A model generated the notes under the pieces. That model saw nothing but the letters and a program-made list of their open reading frames with translations. It searched no databases and was not told the DNA's origin. The position numbers were made by a program, and so were the translations under genes. Below, piece after piece: positions 19,228 through 31,657 of a stretch of DNA of 64,000 bases (position 1 is its first letter; each line of letters starts with the position of its first letter). Origin of the DNA: Candidatus Eiseniibacteriota bacterium (GTDB lineage: Bacteria; Eisenbacteria; RBG-16-71-46; JABDJR01); assembly GCA_963783375.1 (NCBI GenBank), contig CAWANH010000028.1, forward strand, positions 416,001 to 480,000. Direction: 5' to 3'.

Positions 19228-19428
19228 CTAGAGATCGAACCCCTTCGCCTCCTCCTCCTCTTCCTCCCCCATGTACTCGTCGTCGTACATGGCAACCCCG
19301 TATTCTCCGCAATCCGGACACTCGAAGTCTTCGGGGGACTCCACTTCCTCCAGACAAACCTCGCAGACCTCACGCCCGCAGGTCTGGCAGGTACCCACGC
19401 TGACCTCATCGTGGTCGGGGCACTGCAT
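19228..19428 (-). CDS. Small Zn-finger (B-box-like) protein with acidic tail
   Basis: RBS AGGAGGAGG; CxxH...CxxC...CxxC...CxxC followed by poly-Glu. Confidence 0.75.
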   Translation of the reverse strand: MQCPDHDEVSVGTCQTCGREVCEVCLEEVESPEDFECPDCGEYGVAMYDDEYMGEEEEEEAKGFDL

Positions 19429-19640
19429 GGTCGTGTCCTCCTCCTGGGTGGTCGGTCCCGGGAACGGGTCGAGGCGCCCTACCACCGCCGCCCCCGAAGA
19501 TCCTGGTCGAAACGGGCGCATTATCCGAATCAGGGCCGCCGGTGGCAAGGGGGTTAGCGAAAGGGCCGGAATTCCAGGGGAATCCCGACCCTCGGGTCGG
19601 CTCGGGGCGGGGACGGAAAACCCGCCCCCATCGCGGCGCT

Positions 19641-20999
19641 CTACCAGTTCAGCACGCCGCTCTTGGCCCCCTGGGTGAAGACCGCGACCTGCTTCTTGGC
19701 AAACCAGAACCAGACGTTGACCTGTTCGTCGCTCTTCTCCACCTGGTAGGTGTACACCTTGTCCGGGCGACCCATCTGGTCGTAGACGGCCTTCTCATCG
19801 GGCTTGGCGCTGGTGATCGCATCGTCCGCCGAGATCTCCTGACCCTGGAGGGACTTGGAGGTCATCAACGCGAGTACCGCGTCCTGCTCGTTTCCCGCCT
19901 TCTGGACCAGGACCTGGGCCATGAACTGCCAGGCCGCCGCATCCGTCGGCTCCAGGGACAGATAGTTCTTGATGCCGGCCAGGGCTTGGTCCCACTCCCG
20001 GGCGTACAGGAGCGACTGCATGCGGTCGAACATGGCGTTCACGTGGAAGTCGCGGTTCTCACCGTCGGCGGGCACCAGATCCGCCGCCTGTTTGAACTGA
20101 TCCGCCGCCTTCAGGAAACGAGCCTTGGCCGCAGAGGATACGGCCTCTCCGGTGTCGGCGCGGGCGACGGCCGAACCGGCCTCCAGATTGGCCAATCCGA
20201 GCTCGAAGTAGACGTTGGGATCCTCCCCGCCGGACTCGGTCTTGCCATGGACCTGGTTGAGGTAAGCGATCGCGCTGTCCGCTTTCGCCACCCCCGCCGC
20301 GGGGTCGACACTCGAGATCTCGCCGATCAGGCTCCGGGCCGCATCCTTGAAGATGCTCTCCTGAAGCGCGTTGAGTTCCTTGTTCTCGGGATCGACCTTG
20401 AGCCCCTCCTGAACCAGGGAGGCCGCATCGGACTTCCGGTCCGACTTGATCAGGACGACCGCGCCCTGAGTGTAGGCCTTGATATCCGAGGGGTCGATGT
20501 CCCGGGCGATGGCCAGCTGCTTGGCCGCCGCATCGTACTTCTCCTCCTTGGCCAGCTTCAGTCCCTGGTTGTAATGGTCCACCCAGTAGTGCTTCCGATT
20601 CTCCCGGACGAATTTCTGGTTCTTCTTGCTGTCGTCCCGGACCAATGAGCTGTCGAACTCGGCCCCGGACTTCTTGTACATGTCGAGGGCCTGGGCCATC
20701 ATGTCCGCCTCCTCCTCCGGGGTTGAGGCCATGGTCCGGGACTGATCCATGAGTTCGGAGGCCCGTTGGGACAGGGCCATCGCGTAGCGGGCGCGATATT
20801 CCCCCTTCTCCGGGCAAGCTTCCACGGAAAGCGCGAAGTGATCGACCGCCTTGTCGAAGACCCCTTGCGAGAAATAGAGCTTTCCGCTCCGGAACTCATT
20901 GGAGCAGTTGATCTTCTGTGCCACGGCGGGGTGAGAAAGGGAAGCCGAAGCCACCAGCGCTGCGACCGCGATCCCGTAGTTTCTGAACCGAGAGTTCAA
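19641..20999 (-). CDS. Exported TPR-repeat protein
   Basis: TTG start after GGAGG; signal peptide ending AVA-Q; multiple TPR-like helices (YNQGLKL, YFELGLA, AAWQFMAQ). Confidence 0.8.
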   Translation of the reverse strand: MNSRFRNYGIAVAALVASASLSHPAVAQKINCSNEFRSGKLYFSQGVFDKAVDHFALSVEACPEKGEYRARYAMALSQRASELMDQSRTMASTPEEEADMMAQALDMYKKSGAEFDSSLVRDDSKKNQKFVRENRKHYWVDHYNQGLKLAKEEKYDAAAKQLAIARDIDPSDIKAYTQGAVVLIKSDRKSDAASLVQEGLKVDPENKELNALQESIFKDAARSLIGEISSVDPAAGVAKADSAIAYLNQVHGKTESGGEDPNVYFELGLANLEAGSAVARADTGEAVSSAAKARFLKAADQFKQAADLVPADGENRDFHVNAMFDRMQSLLYAREWDQALAGIKNYLSLEPTDAAAWQFMAQVLVQKAGNEQDAVLALMTSKSLQGQEISADDAITSAKPDEKAVYDQMGRPDKVYTYQVEKSDEQVNVWFWFAKKQVAVFTQGAKSGVLNW

Positions 21000-21248
21000 T
21001 GTCCTTCCTCCTGTGTCCGTTGCCCCAGAGGGCCGTGTGATCCGCCGCCTTGCAAACGGGGTGGAGTGTATCCCACCCCTGTCGGCACACACAACGACCC
21101 TACCCCCGGCTCGCTTCCCATACCGGCGCGGTCGCCGTTTCCTTCCCGCGGAGCGAAATCAGGGAAGCTCCTCACGGGACCGGTCATCTTTTAACTCGTT
21201 TGGGTCCAATTGATTAAAGCCGCATCGACCGGTCCGGCGCGACACGCC

Positions 21249-22259
21249 TCAACCGACGAAGGAGGAGGTCCGGCCGGTCTCGATCAGGTGATCCACCTCT
21301 TCCTGGGTCAGACCGAAGTTCTCGATGGCCAGGAGGTATTCCGCGGTGAGGGTGGTCGCGGAGACGGTGGGATTGTCGGTGGCCAGGGTGACCGGAATCC
21401 CGGCTTCGAGAAACCGGCGGATGGGATGATGATCGATCCGCTCCACCGCTCCGGTCTGGAGGTTGGAGGAGATGCACACCTCCAGGGTCACGCGATCGGC
21501 GGCCAGGCGCCTCATGAGTTCCTTGTCCTCCACGGCGGAGGTGCCGTGGCCCACCCGCTCGACCCCCAGATCGTCCACCGCCGACCAGACGTTTCGGGGA
21601 CCGGAGTCCTCCCCGGCGTGAGCGGTGAGCCGGAGGCCCATCTGGGCAGCGAGGGCATAGGCCTCCTTGAAGAGCACGGGCGGAAAGGGGCGCTCGGCCC
21701 CCGCGATGTCGAACCCCACCACGCCGGGGCTCTGGTGGTACGCGGCCAACTCTCCCACGACCTCGCGGAGAAGGATCTTGGCCATGTTCCCGCCGTGGCC
21801 TCGGATGGCGATCACCGTGATCCCCAACTCGAGGTCGGGGTATTCGACCAGCGAGTCCTTCATCCCCGCCCGAACCGCGTTCAGGACCTGGCGCGAGGTG
21901 AGGCCGGCCCGGCGGTGGATGATGGGATTGATCCGGAGTTCGAGGGCCCGGACGCCGTCCCGGTAGGCGTCCTCGCAGATCTCGAAGGTGATGGTGCGGA
22001 TGTTGTCGTAGAACTGGGTGTACTGGAGGGGGATGTGGAACTTGTCGAGGTAGTCGAGGAGGCTGCGGTCGTGCGCCTTGTCCCACGAGAGCATCCGCTC
22101 GAAGCCCTCGAAGTCCATGCCCGGGATGGCCGAGTAGTACTTCTGGGAGAGGTTCCAGAGGGTGGTCGGGCGGACCGCGCCGTCGAAGTGGCGGTGGATC
22201 TCCGCCAGGCCTTTGGTCCTCAGGTACTCGATCTTCTCGTCGCGGGTCCAGTCCTTCAA
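21249..22259 (-). CDS. add: Adenosine deaminase
   Basis: EIHRHFDG, GFDIAGAE, TAHAGE, RVGHG, EVCISSN, ATDNP motifs. Confidence 0.9.
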   Translation of the reverse strand: MKDWTRDEKIEYLRTKGLAEIHRHFDGAVRPTTLWNLSQKYYSAIPGMDFEGFERMLSWDKAHDRSLLDYLDKFHIPLQYTQFYDNIRTITFEICEDAYRDGVRALELRINPIIHRRAGLTSRQVLNAVRAGMKDSLVEYPDLELGITVIAIRGHGGNMAKILLREVVGELAAYHQSPGVVGFDIAGAERPFPPVLFKEAYALAAQMGLRLTAHAGEDSGPRNVWSAVDDLGVERVGHGTSAVEDKELMRRLAADRVTLEVCISSNLQTGAVERIDHHPIRRFLEAGIPVTLATDNPTVSATTLTAEYLLAIENFGLTQEEVDHLIETGRTSSFVG

Positions 22260-22412
22260 GGGGTCCTCCTCCCGGCCCGGGGGTGGCGGGCGCCGCTTGC
22301 GCCCGGAAACCGATTCGGGGCCTTGGATTTGGGGAGGGAGTCTAGCACGGCCACGACCAGGCCGGTCAGCCGGCCTGGGGGGGCCGTCCCGCTACCCGGT
22401 GGACCCCGATCG

Positions 22413-23770
22413 CTACTCGACCTCGGAATTTCCCGGCGCCAGCGCAACCGCGCGCTTGGGCATGGCCCGCCAGATGCGGGTCATGATGAGCGCTCCCAGG
22501 ATAGAGAACGGGATGATCGAGAACACCCAGACCGGAGCGTTGGTGGCGACATGGCCCGCGGTCGCGGCCCCGCCGTCCCATCCGAAGCGGTCCAGGATCC
22601 ACCCCAAGCCGAACCCGGTGAGGCCGGCGGCGACGTACTGGACGCCGTCCAGCATCCCCGCCGCGGTGGCCGCCGCCTTCGTGCCCCCGAAGTCCATGGA
22701 GGCGGTTCCCGAGAGCATGCCGTGGACTCCGAAGATCCACATGCACGAGAAGCCGATCAGGAAGGTGGCCATGAGCCCCGAGTGGGTGAACCCGAGGGCG
22801 GTGAGCGAGAGGGCCTGGCCGATATAGAAGATGAAGGCCACCGGCGGCCGTCGTGACTGGAATAGCTTGTCGGACATCCATCCGCAGAGGAGACCCCCGA
22901 CGATTCCCCCGATCGTCACCCCCGTCCCCGTCCACCAGTACTGGGTGGATCCCGGGGCGATGTGGTGGACCTCCTTGAGGAACTCGGTGAAGTAGAGGAG
23001 GAGCCCCTGCCTCACGAACCCGGTGCAGAACTCCGCCGCGGCCAGGGTGAGGAGGATGGGGTTTCCGAACACCTTCTTCGCGATGTATCCCAGGTTGACC
23101 GGCGAATTGTCGCCGGCGGAGGCGTCTCCGGTGTCGAAGTCCGGGTGGCCGGCCTGCGAGGGCCGGTCCTTCACGATGAAGATGTCGATCACGAACATCG
23201 TGAAGATGGCGATCGACGGCACGATGAACACCATCTTCCAGCCCAGATGGGCCAGGATCCAGCCGCCGATGGCCAGGGCCAGGAAGTAGCCGCTGGAGAT
23301 CATGATCCCGAAGATGCCGCCGAAGACCCCCCGCTCCCGTACGTGGAACCAGGCGGAGTTCACTTTCACGATGGAGAGCGCGCCGAAGCTCTGGAAGAAC
23401 ATGTTGAGGGAGTAGAGGAGCGACATCGAGACGATGAGCTTGGTCATCATGTCGCCCAGGAACAGGAGTCCCATGGTGAGGTTGAGGAGCGCGGCCCCCG
23501 CCGCCCCGATGAGAATCGCCTTCCGCCCTCCGATCCGGTCGGCCAGGGGGCCGATGAAGATCACGCTGAGGGCGTAGGTCCAGAACCCGGCGGTGGCGAT
23601 GGCTCCCATCTGGGCCTTGTCCAGATGGTAGACATCGCCCATGGTGCCCTTGACCACGTTGAAGTTGTAGCGCCCCATGTAGAACGTGGCGTAGGTGATG
23701 CCCAGGGGAAACCAGTTGGCGATGCGGCGGACTCGGAAGGCACTCGAATGGGGGGAGTTTCGTCGGCCAA
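22413..23770 (-). CDS. MFS transporter, GlpT/UhpC (OPA) family; apparent single-base frameshift near the start
   Basis: FYMGRYNF, GPLADRIGGR, WFHVRERG, GWMSDKLF; RBS AGGAGG plus TTG at 23770 is out of frame with the body at a G-run near 23750-23755. Confidence 0.85.
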
Positions 23771-24009
23771 GCGGACCTCCTGTTCGTCGGTGCGGGCCGC
23801 AGTATACGCAAGGGGGCATCCCCGGACGAGTACGGAATGCCCTCCTCACGGGAAACTAACGAGACCCAGCCCACCGACTCCGCCGACCCCCGGACGGGAA
23901 CACCGGAACCGGTTCCGGGTCAACCCGTTAGCCCGGTCGTGCGCGGGCCGCGGGTCGGGTGGTGATTCGGCGGCGGCGCGCCGGGGACTCCCTCTCCGGC
24001 CCGGCGCCA

Positions 24010-25134
24010 TCATCGCCGGCCGCCGCTCACCACCATCAGGGTGAGGTCATCGTCAAGATCGCCCTTGGGGACGAACTTGCGAACCGCCCCGGTGATGCGA
24101 TCGGCGAGCCCGGGGCCGTCCAGGCGGCGGCCCGCCTCCACCAGCGAGAGGAGGCGTTCCCGACCGAACTCCTCATGCCCGCGGTGGGCCTCGAGCAGGC
24201 CGTCGGTGACCAGGACCAGGCGGTCCCCGGCCGCCCAGGGGAGCCTCGCGGAGGACCACGAAGCGTCGTCGAAGAGGGCGCTCACCATGGGCCCGGTGGA
24301 ATCGAGCGGCGCGGTCCTTCCGTCCGGGGTCTGGCGCACACCCTCCGGATGCCCGGCGTTCACGTACTCCAGCGTTCCTTCGCCCGGGGTCACCCGCGCG
24401 CAGAGCAGGGTGGCGAACAGCGCGGGGGGGAAGCCCTGGAACCCGGCCCGCACCCGACGGACCACGGCCAGCGGATCATATCCCTCGGCGTGGGAAGCGC
24501 CGAAAGCCGCCTTCACGATCCCGGTGAGGAGGGCGGCGGACACCCCGTGACCCACCACGTCGGCGACCAGGAACGAGGCCCCGCCTCCCGCGGCCGCGTA
24601 GTCGTAGAGATCCCCGGCCACCGGATCGTGGGGAAGGAGCCGCGCCGCCACCCGGAGCCCGGCCGCCCCCGCGTCTCCCGGCGGGAGGAGGCTCCGCTGG
24701 AACCGCGCCGCCTCCTCGAGTTCCCGGGTCAGGTCCCTGAGGCGCCGGCGCTTGTCCTCCTCCAGCACGCGGATCTCGTTGCACCGCTCGACCAGGGTCA
24801 GGAGCACCTCCCGGTCGAAGGGTTTCTGGATGAAGTAGAACGCCTTTTCCCGCACCGACCGCACCAGGTCCCGGTCCAGATCGTAGACGCTTCCCGTCAT
24901 CAGGATGACCTGGAGGTGCGGCATGCGTTCCTTCAACCGCTTGAGCAGGGTGAAGCCGTCCACTTCCGGCATGCGGAGATCCAGGATCGCCATGTGCGGG
25001 CGGAAGCTCGAGGCCTCGGATTCCGCGCGCGCGGAGTCGCGGAGCGCGCGCACCTCGTAGTCGGCGGCGAGGACCGACTCCACCGCGAGAAGCATTTCGG
25101 GATCGTCGTCCACGATCAGGATCCGGGGCTTCAT
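24010..25134 (-). CDS. Response regulator receiver + PP2C (SpoIIE/RsbU-type) phosphatase
   Basis: ILIVDDD, LDLRMPEVDG, KPF; GDLYD, ADVVGHG, NAGH, TDGLLE, DDLT. Confidence 0.92.
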   Translation of the reverse strand: MKPRILIVDDDPEMLLAVESVLAADYEVRALRDSARAESEASSFRPHMAILDLRMPEVDGFTLLKRLKERMPHLQVILMTGSVYDLDRDLVRSVREKAFYFIQKPFDREVLLTLVERCNEIRVLEEDKRRRLRDLTRELEEAARFQRSLLPPGDAGAAGLRVAARLLPHDPVAGDLYDYAAAGGGASFLVADVVGHGVSAALLTGIVKAAFGASHAEGYDPLAVVRRVRAGFQGFPPALFATLLCARVTPGEGTLEYVNAGHPEGVRQTPDGRTAPLDSTGPMVSALFDDASWSSARLPWAAGDRLVLVTDGLLEAHRGHEEFGRERLLSLVEAGRRLDGPGLADRITGAVRKFVPKGDLDDDLTLMVVSGGRR

Positions 25135-26808
25135 GACCCGTCCCCCGGCGCCGCCGAGACCACGGGAATCCACATCGCCACCCGGGTCCCCTCGCCCTCG
25201 CGGCTCCGGATGCGGAGGCGCCCCCCCACGTCGGCGAGAATGGCCTGGCAGATCGAGAGTCCTAGCCCGGTGCCCGAGGTCTTGGTGGTGAAGAAGGGCT
25301 CACCCACCCGGTTCAGGTTGTCCTCCGAGATCCCCGAACCGGTGTCGGTGACCTCCACCGTCACCTCGCCGTCCTTCAGGACCCCGGAGATCTCCATCCC
25401 GCCGCCGCTCGGCATGGCGTCCTTGGCGTTTCCGATCAGGTTCAGGAAGAGCGAGGCGAGATCGTTCTGGCCGCAGCGCACCGCGGGGAGATCGGCGGGA
25501 AGCCGGACCTCGATGACGATCTGCCGCTTCTGGAGGGCCTCGGAGTAGATCCCGAGCGCGCTTTCCACCGCCCGGCGGAGGTTTCCGTGGCCCACCGCCC
25601 GCCGGCCGGAGCCCCTGGCCACGGTGAGCATGCCGTCGAAGATCCGCGGCAGGTCTGCACCGCCTTCTCGCTGCTCCGAAGCCGCTCCGCCAGCGGCGCG
25701 GGCTCGGCGGTTCCCGCCTCGACGTCCGCCTGCATCTGCTGGATGGTCAGGAGCACCGCCCCCAACGCGTTGTTCACGTCGTGGGCGATCCCGCGGGCCA
25801 CGTTCACGATGGTCTGGCGGCGCTGGGCGTCCCGGATCCGCTCGTGATAGGTCTCGCGCTGCACCGAGTACTGGACGGCCAGGGAAACCTGGGGAACGAA
25901 GGCGTCCACCAACCGGGCCTCGTAGGTTCCGAAGGCGCCCGGAGCGAGGCCGGCCACGCGCAATACCGCCACCGTGTCCTCCGGGTGCGGAAGGGGGCGC
26001 AGATCAGGGACCCTTCGGGGGGGATACCTCCGGCGGGGTCGGGGCCGGGGTTCGTCTCGATGGTCTTCGGATCGAACCCCGAGGCCTCGGCGGAGGTCCA
26101 CACCCCGTTCCGGCGATCAAAGAGATGAACATCGCCGTTCCGCCCCGCGGGAATCAGGTTCGCGGGGAGGGGTCGCCGGGTGCCGATCCGGGTGCTCTTT
26201 CCCTTGGTCCACGCGATCTGCTCGGCCACCAGCTCCAGCTCCGTCGCCCCCGGCCGGGCCAGGAGCAACGACGAGGAGTGGTCGTAGCGGATGAGGGAAC
26301 GCAGCCCGTGGAGGATCGTGTACAGGAGGTCCTTGGGCTCGTATTGCTCCATGAGCTTCCGGTCGATCCGCTCCCGCACCTCGTGCACCCGGCGCTCGTC
26401 GGATTCGCCCACGATGTCGGAGACCGCGGAGGCGATGGCCCGCACCGCCTGCCGGCAGTGGCGGACCGGTGACAGCGTCGGGCTCCGAAGGCTCAGGAGG
26501 CCCCAGGGGCGCTCTTTCCGGGTGACGATCCCGATGAACACGTTGGAGGGGATTCCGCGGGGGCCGTGGCGGAGGCACTTCGCCAGCATCTCCACGTCCC
26601 ACGTTCCGGAGGACGGCGCGCGAAAGAGGATCTCGGGAAAGTCCCGTCCCGGCGCGAGCACCGCGAAGCAGCCGTCCTCGCTCCCGGTGAGCTCCATGGC
26701 GGTGCGGAGCGCGTACCGGCCGGCGGCGGGCGGGTCCCGGAGCCCGGAGAGGAGCTTCCGCAGGGAGTCGACGGTGCTCCAAAGGCCCAGCTTGAGATCG
26801 GATTTCAT
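25131..26808 (-). CDS. GAF-containing sensor histidine kinase, split by two apparent frameshifts
   Basis: IAHDVNNAL H-box, NLIGNAKDA, DTGSGI, FFTTK, GTGLGL spread across three frames with shifts near 25988 and 25646. Confidence 0.8.
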
Positions 26809-27077
26809 GGGTGTCGCTCGACTCCGGGGGTTTCGATCGCGGTCCGGGTCCGTCCTTCCGGACCGGCGGACGGCCGCCGCGGGGATCCGGCCGGCGGGAA
26901 CCGGGGGCCGGGACCGGGTCCCATCCTCTTGCCGGCGCCTACTCTAGCAGAGCCGGCCGGCCGGCGGAGCGAACCGCCGTGGGGGCGAAGCCGGTTTCCA
27001 TGATTGCGATTCACAAGCTCAACCCATAGAATTCCGTCCACCCCTTTGCCCCCATTTCATGCGGGGATCCTGACTCC

Positions 27078-28270
27078 ATGAGACGAATCGTCCTGATCCT
27101 GACCGTTTCGGTCTTCGTTCTCCTGTTGGGGTGGCGCCTGGTCGACCACCTCCGTTCCTCCGGGGGGGATTCCCAGGGGCGCTCGGGCCGGCCCGCGGTC
27201 GCGGTCACCGTGGCCGAGGTCTCGGTGGGGCCGATCCAGGACGTCCGGCTCTTCACCGGCACCGTGTTCCCCCAGTACCGATACCTCGTGGCCACCAAGG
27301 TGCCCGGCCGGGTGGTGGCGCTCGGAAAGCGGATCGGCGACCGCGTGCGGGCGGGCGAGGAGATCGCGCGGCTCGACGACGCCGAGTACCGCCAGGCCGA
27401 GGCCGAGGCCCAGGCCAACCTGGACATCGCCAAGGCCGGCCTGGAAGAGGCCCGGGCGTCCCTGGCCCTGGCCGGGAAGGAGATCGCCCGGACGCGGTCG
27501 CTCCGGGAACGCGATCTCATCTCCGACGCCGACGTGGACAACGCCAGCTCCCGCTTCGACGCCCAGAAGGCGCGCACCCAGCTCGCCGAGGCCCAGGTGA
27601 GCCAGCGCGAGGCCGCCCTGGAGGCCTCCCGGATCCGCTGGGCTACACCCGGCTCAAGGCCGCGGAACCGGGGTACGTGGGCGAACGCCTGGTGGACGAG
27701 GGGGCGCTCCTCCCGGTGAACGCGGCGGTGGTTTCCGTGGTCGGCCTGGACACGGTGTTCGTCCGGGTCTCGGTGATCGAGCGGGACTACGGTTCCATCC
27801 GGCCCGGCCAGACCGCCGAGGTGGAGGTGGACGCCTTCCCCGGCCGGCGCTTCTCCGGCCGCGTGACCCGGCTGGCGCCGGTCCTGAAGGAGGAGTCGCG
27901 GGTGGCCGAGATGGAGGTCGTGGTGCCGAACCTCGGCCACGAGCTCAAGCCCGGCATGTTCTCCCGGGTCCGGGTGGTGATCTCCTCGGAGACCGAGGCC
28001 CGGTCCGTGCCGGCGGCGGCGGTGGTCCGGCGGGACGACCACGACGCGGTGTACATGGCCGACGAGGCCGAGGGGGTGGCGCGTTACGTGCCGGTCACCC
28101 TGGGCATTCACGCCGGGTCCCGGGTGCAGATCCTGGAGCCGAACCTCGAGGGTCGGGTGATCACCCTGGGCCAGCACCTCCTGGAGGATGGGAGCCCCAT
28201 CCTCCTCACCGCGTCCCACGGGCCGGCCTCGGACACCACCCGGGCGCCCGGCGCCGGTGACGCGCCGTGA
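27078..28270 (+). CDS. RND efflux periplasmic adaptor (MFP), apparent frameshift near 27638
   Basis: N-terminal TM, GDRVRAGEEIARLDD, coiled coil; continues in another frame as LGYTRLKA...LKPGMF...VPAAAV. Confidence 0.85.
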
Positions 28271-31200
28271 GCCTCGCCCGGGGGCCCATCCAGCGCCCGA
28301 TCCTGACCACCATGATCTATCTCATCGTGATCACGGTGGGGTTGGTCTCGTTCTTCCGCCTCTCCATCGATCTCATGCCCGAGATCACCTTCCCCACCAT
28401 CAGCATCCGCGCCCAGTACGGGAACGTGGGGCCGGAGGAGATGGAGGACCTGGTCACCCGGCCCATCGAGGAGGCGGTGGCCGCGGTCCAGGGGGTCGAG
28501 GAGATCAACTCGGTCTCCACCGAGGGGAACAGCTCGGTCCGGGTCTCGTTCGATTGGGGAGCCGATCTGGACGTGGCCGCCAACGACATCCGCGACCGCA
28601 TCGACCGGATCACCGGCCGCCTCCCCGAGGACATGGACCGCCCCACCATCCGGAAGTTCGATCTCTCCGCCTTCCCGGTCATGATCCTCGGGGTGTCGAG
28701 CGACGTGAACCCCCTCGATCTCCGGCAGATCGTGGACGACCAGGTGAAGTACCGCCTGGAGCGGGTGGCCGGGGTGGCCGCGGTGGACATCTGGGGCGGT
28801 CTGACCCGGGAGATCCACGTCGACCTGGACGCCGACCAGGTGAAGTCCCTGGGGCTCTCCACCTCGGACGTCCTGGACGCCCTGAACCGGGAGAACCAGA
28901 ACATCCCCGCCGGCACCGTCCAGACCGGGAACCTCGACGTTCTCATCCGGACCCAGGGCGAGTACCTGAGCCTGGACGAGATCCGGAACACCGTGGTGGC
29001 CATCCGTGAAGGCTCGCCCATCCGCATCTCCGATTTCGCCCGGGTCGAGGATTCCTGGGAGGAGGTCACCCGCCGGGTGCGGGTCAACGGCAAGCCCAGC
29101 CTTCGGCTCTCCATCAACAAGCAGTCCGGCGCCAATACGGTGGAGGTGGCCCAGGCGGTGAAGGCGGAGATGGCCCGGATCAACCGGGACATTCCCCAGA
29201 TCCAGCTCCTCCCCCTGATCGACACCTCCACCTACATCGAGAACTCGATCCGGAACGTGGGGCGGGCCACCGCGGTGGGCGGCATCCTGGCCGTGGTGAT
29301 CCTCCTCCTGTTCCTTCGCAACGTCTCCAGCACGGTGATCATCGCGACCGCCATTCCGGTCTCGATCATCGCCACCTTCGGACTGATCTACTTCGGCGGG
29401 TTCACCCTGAACCTGATGACCTTCGGGGGCCTGGCCCTGGGGATCGGCATGCTCGTGGACAGCGCCATCGTGGTCCTGGAGAACATCTATCGATTGCGGG
29501 AGAGCGGGCTCTCCCCCCGGGACGCCGCGCTCCAGGGGACCGAGGAGGTGGGAAGCGCCATCGTGGCCAGCACGTTGACCACGGTGGTGGTGTTCCTCCG
29601 GTGGTGTTCATGCGGGGGATCTCGGGGATCTACTTCCAGCAGCTCGCCTTCGTGGTGGCGTTCTCTCTCCTCTGCAGCCTGGTGGTGGCGCTGACCCTGG
29701 TGCCGATGTTGAGCGCGCGGTTCCTCCGGTTCCGGGGAGCGGTGGCGGGCGGATCCCGCCGCGGCCCGGGCCGGGTCTACGACGCCAGCGAGGCCGCGTT
29801 CAAGGCGGTGGAGCAGGGTTACGGCCGGGTATTGCGGCGGGCCCTTCGTCACCGCCGCATGGTGATCCTCTCCGCGCTGGCGCTCTTCGTGGGGTCGGTG
29901 TTGCTGCTTCCCACCATCGGGGTGGACTTCATGCCCGCCTCCGACGAGGGCGAGGTGCGAGTGGATCTCGAGATGGCGGTGGGGACGCGCCTGGACGTGA
30001 TGGACCGGATGACCCGCTCGGTGGAGGAGATCGTCCGGGCCCAGGTGCCGGAACTCCAGTCCATCCTGGTGAGCGTGGGAGGCGGGGGATGGCGGGCCTC
30101 CGGCGGACACACCGCCAACATCCGGGCCACCCTGGTTCCCCAATCGGAGCGGCGCCGGAGCAGCGAGGAGATCGCCAACGCGCTCCGTCCCGCGCTCTCG
30201 TCGCTCCCCGGGGTCACCGTCCGCACCCGGGCGGGACAGGGCCTCTGGATCCTCCGGATGGGGCAGGGGGACGGCGACAACCTGAGCCTGGAGATCCGGG
30301 GATACGACCTGGACACCGCCCGGGAGCTGGCCCAGCAGGTACGGGCGGCGGTGGCCGAGGTCCCCGGGGTGAGCGACGCCCGGATCAGCCGGGAGGAGGG
30401 ACGGCCGGAGGAGGTGATCCGGATCGACCGCCAGAAGGCGGCGGACCTGGGGTTGAGCGTGTCGCGGATCGGCGAGGCCCTCCGCACCGCGGTGGGAGGA
30501 ACCTACGCTTCCAACTACCGCGAGGCCGGAAAAGAGTACCGGATCATGGTGCGGCTGAACGAGGACGACCGGCGCGACCTCTCGAACCTGCTCGACCTCA
30601 CCGTGACCAACGACCGGGGCCGTCCGGTGGTGCTCCGGAACGTGCTGGTGTCGGAGCCGCGGACGGGTCCGGTGCGCCTGGAGCGGAAGGACCAGGAGCG
30701 CACGGTGTTCGTCTCCGCCAACTTCACCGGCCGCGACATGGGGTCGGTGGTGGGCGACGTTCGCGAGGCGATCGGCCGGATCCCGGTGCCCAAGGACTTC
30801 TCGGTGATCATCGGCGGCGACTACGAGGAGCAGCAGAAGGCGTTCCGGGAGCTGTTGCTGGGACTGATCCTGGCCCTGGTCCTGGTCTACATGGTCATGG
30901 CCGGCCAGTTCGAGTCCCTGCGCGACCCGTTCGTGGTGCTCTTTTCGGTGCCGATGGCGGTGATCGGGGTCGCGCTGGCCCTGGTCCTGACCGGGATCCC
31001 GTTCAGCCTGAACGCCTACATCGGCTGCATCATGCTGGGCGGAATCATCGTGAACAACGCGATCCTCCTGGTGGACTACACCAACCTGCTCCGGCGCCGC
31101 GACAAGCTCCCCCTCCACGACGCCATCACCGTGGCCGGCTCCCGCCGGCTCCGCCCGATCCTCATGACCACCTTGACCACGGTTCTGGGGCTCCTGCCGT

Positions 31201-31382
31201 TGGCCTTCGGGGCCGGCGAGGGCGGCGAGGCCCAGGCCCCCCTGGCCCGGGTGGTGATCGGCGGCCTCACCACCTCCACCCTGGTCACCCTGGTGCTGAT
31301 CCCGGTGGTCTACTCGCTCTTCGAGGAGGGTTGGCGGGGACGGCGGAGGAAGGCCGCCGAGGACTCGTCCCAGGTGGCATGA
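28267..31382 (+). CDS. RND efflux permease (AcrB/AcrD/AcrF family), apparent frameshift near 29598
   Basis: [38 protein letters not shown](P), [24 protein letters not shown]. Confidence 0.9.
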
Positions 31383-31413
31383 CGGTCCCGGCGGCCCCGT
31401 TCCGAGAAACCCA

Positions 31414-31442
31414 TTGAAGAGGACCGGATCGGTCATTATACT
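31414..31442 (+). promoter_or_regulatory. sigma70-type promoter of the cys leader/operon
   Basis: TTGAAG-17 nt-TATACT. Confidence 0.7.
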
Positions 31443-31477
31443 TTGTGCATCAGCACCCAGACGGGAGAATCCGAACC

Positions 31478-31600
31478 GTGATCCGTCCGACCCACCACAT
31501 CAACTGCTGCTGTTGTTGCCCGCATTGCGGGTCGTGGGCCGGTGCGTCCGCCGGATCGAGTGATCGGACGTCTCGAACGGGAGACCGCTCCCGGACGTAG
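31478..31600 (+). CDS. Poly-cysteine leader peptide MIRPTHHINCCCCCPHCGSW... (40 aa)
   Basis: RBS GGGAGA at 31463, GTG start, five consecutive Cys codons 31505-31519 plus one more, TAG at 31598; directly upstream of cysK-cysE. Confidence 0.8.
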   Translation: MIRPTHHINCCCCCPHCGSWAGASAGSSDRTSRTGDRSRT

Positions 31601-31626
31601 ACGAAGCGAAACTCCCGAGGAAGCCA

Positions 31627-31657
31627 GGCCCGCGGCGAAAGCCGGCGGGCTTTCTTC
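31627..31657 (+). terminator. Attenuator terminator upstream of cysK
   Basis: GCCCGC-GGC-GAAA-GCC-G-GCGGGC stem-loop followed by TTTCTT. Confidence 0.8.
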
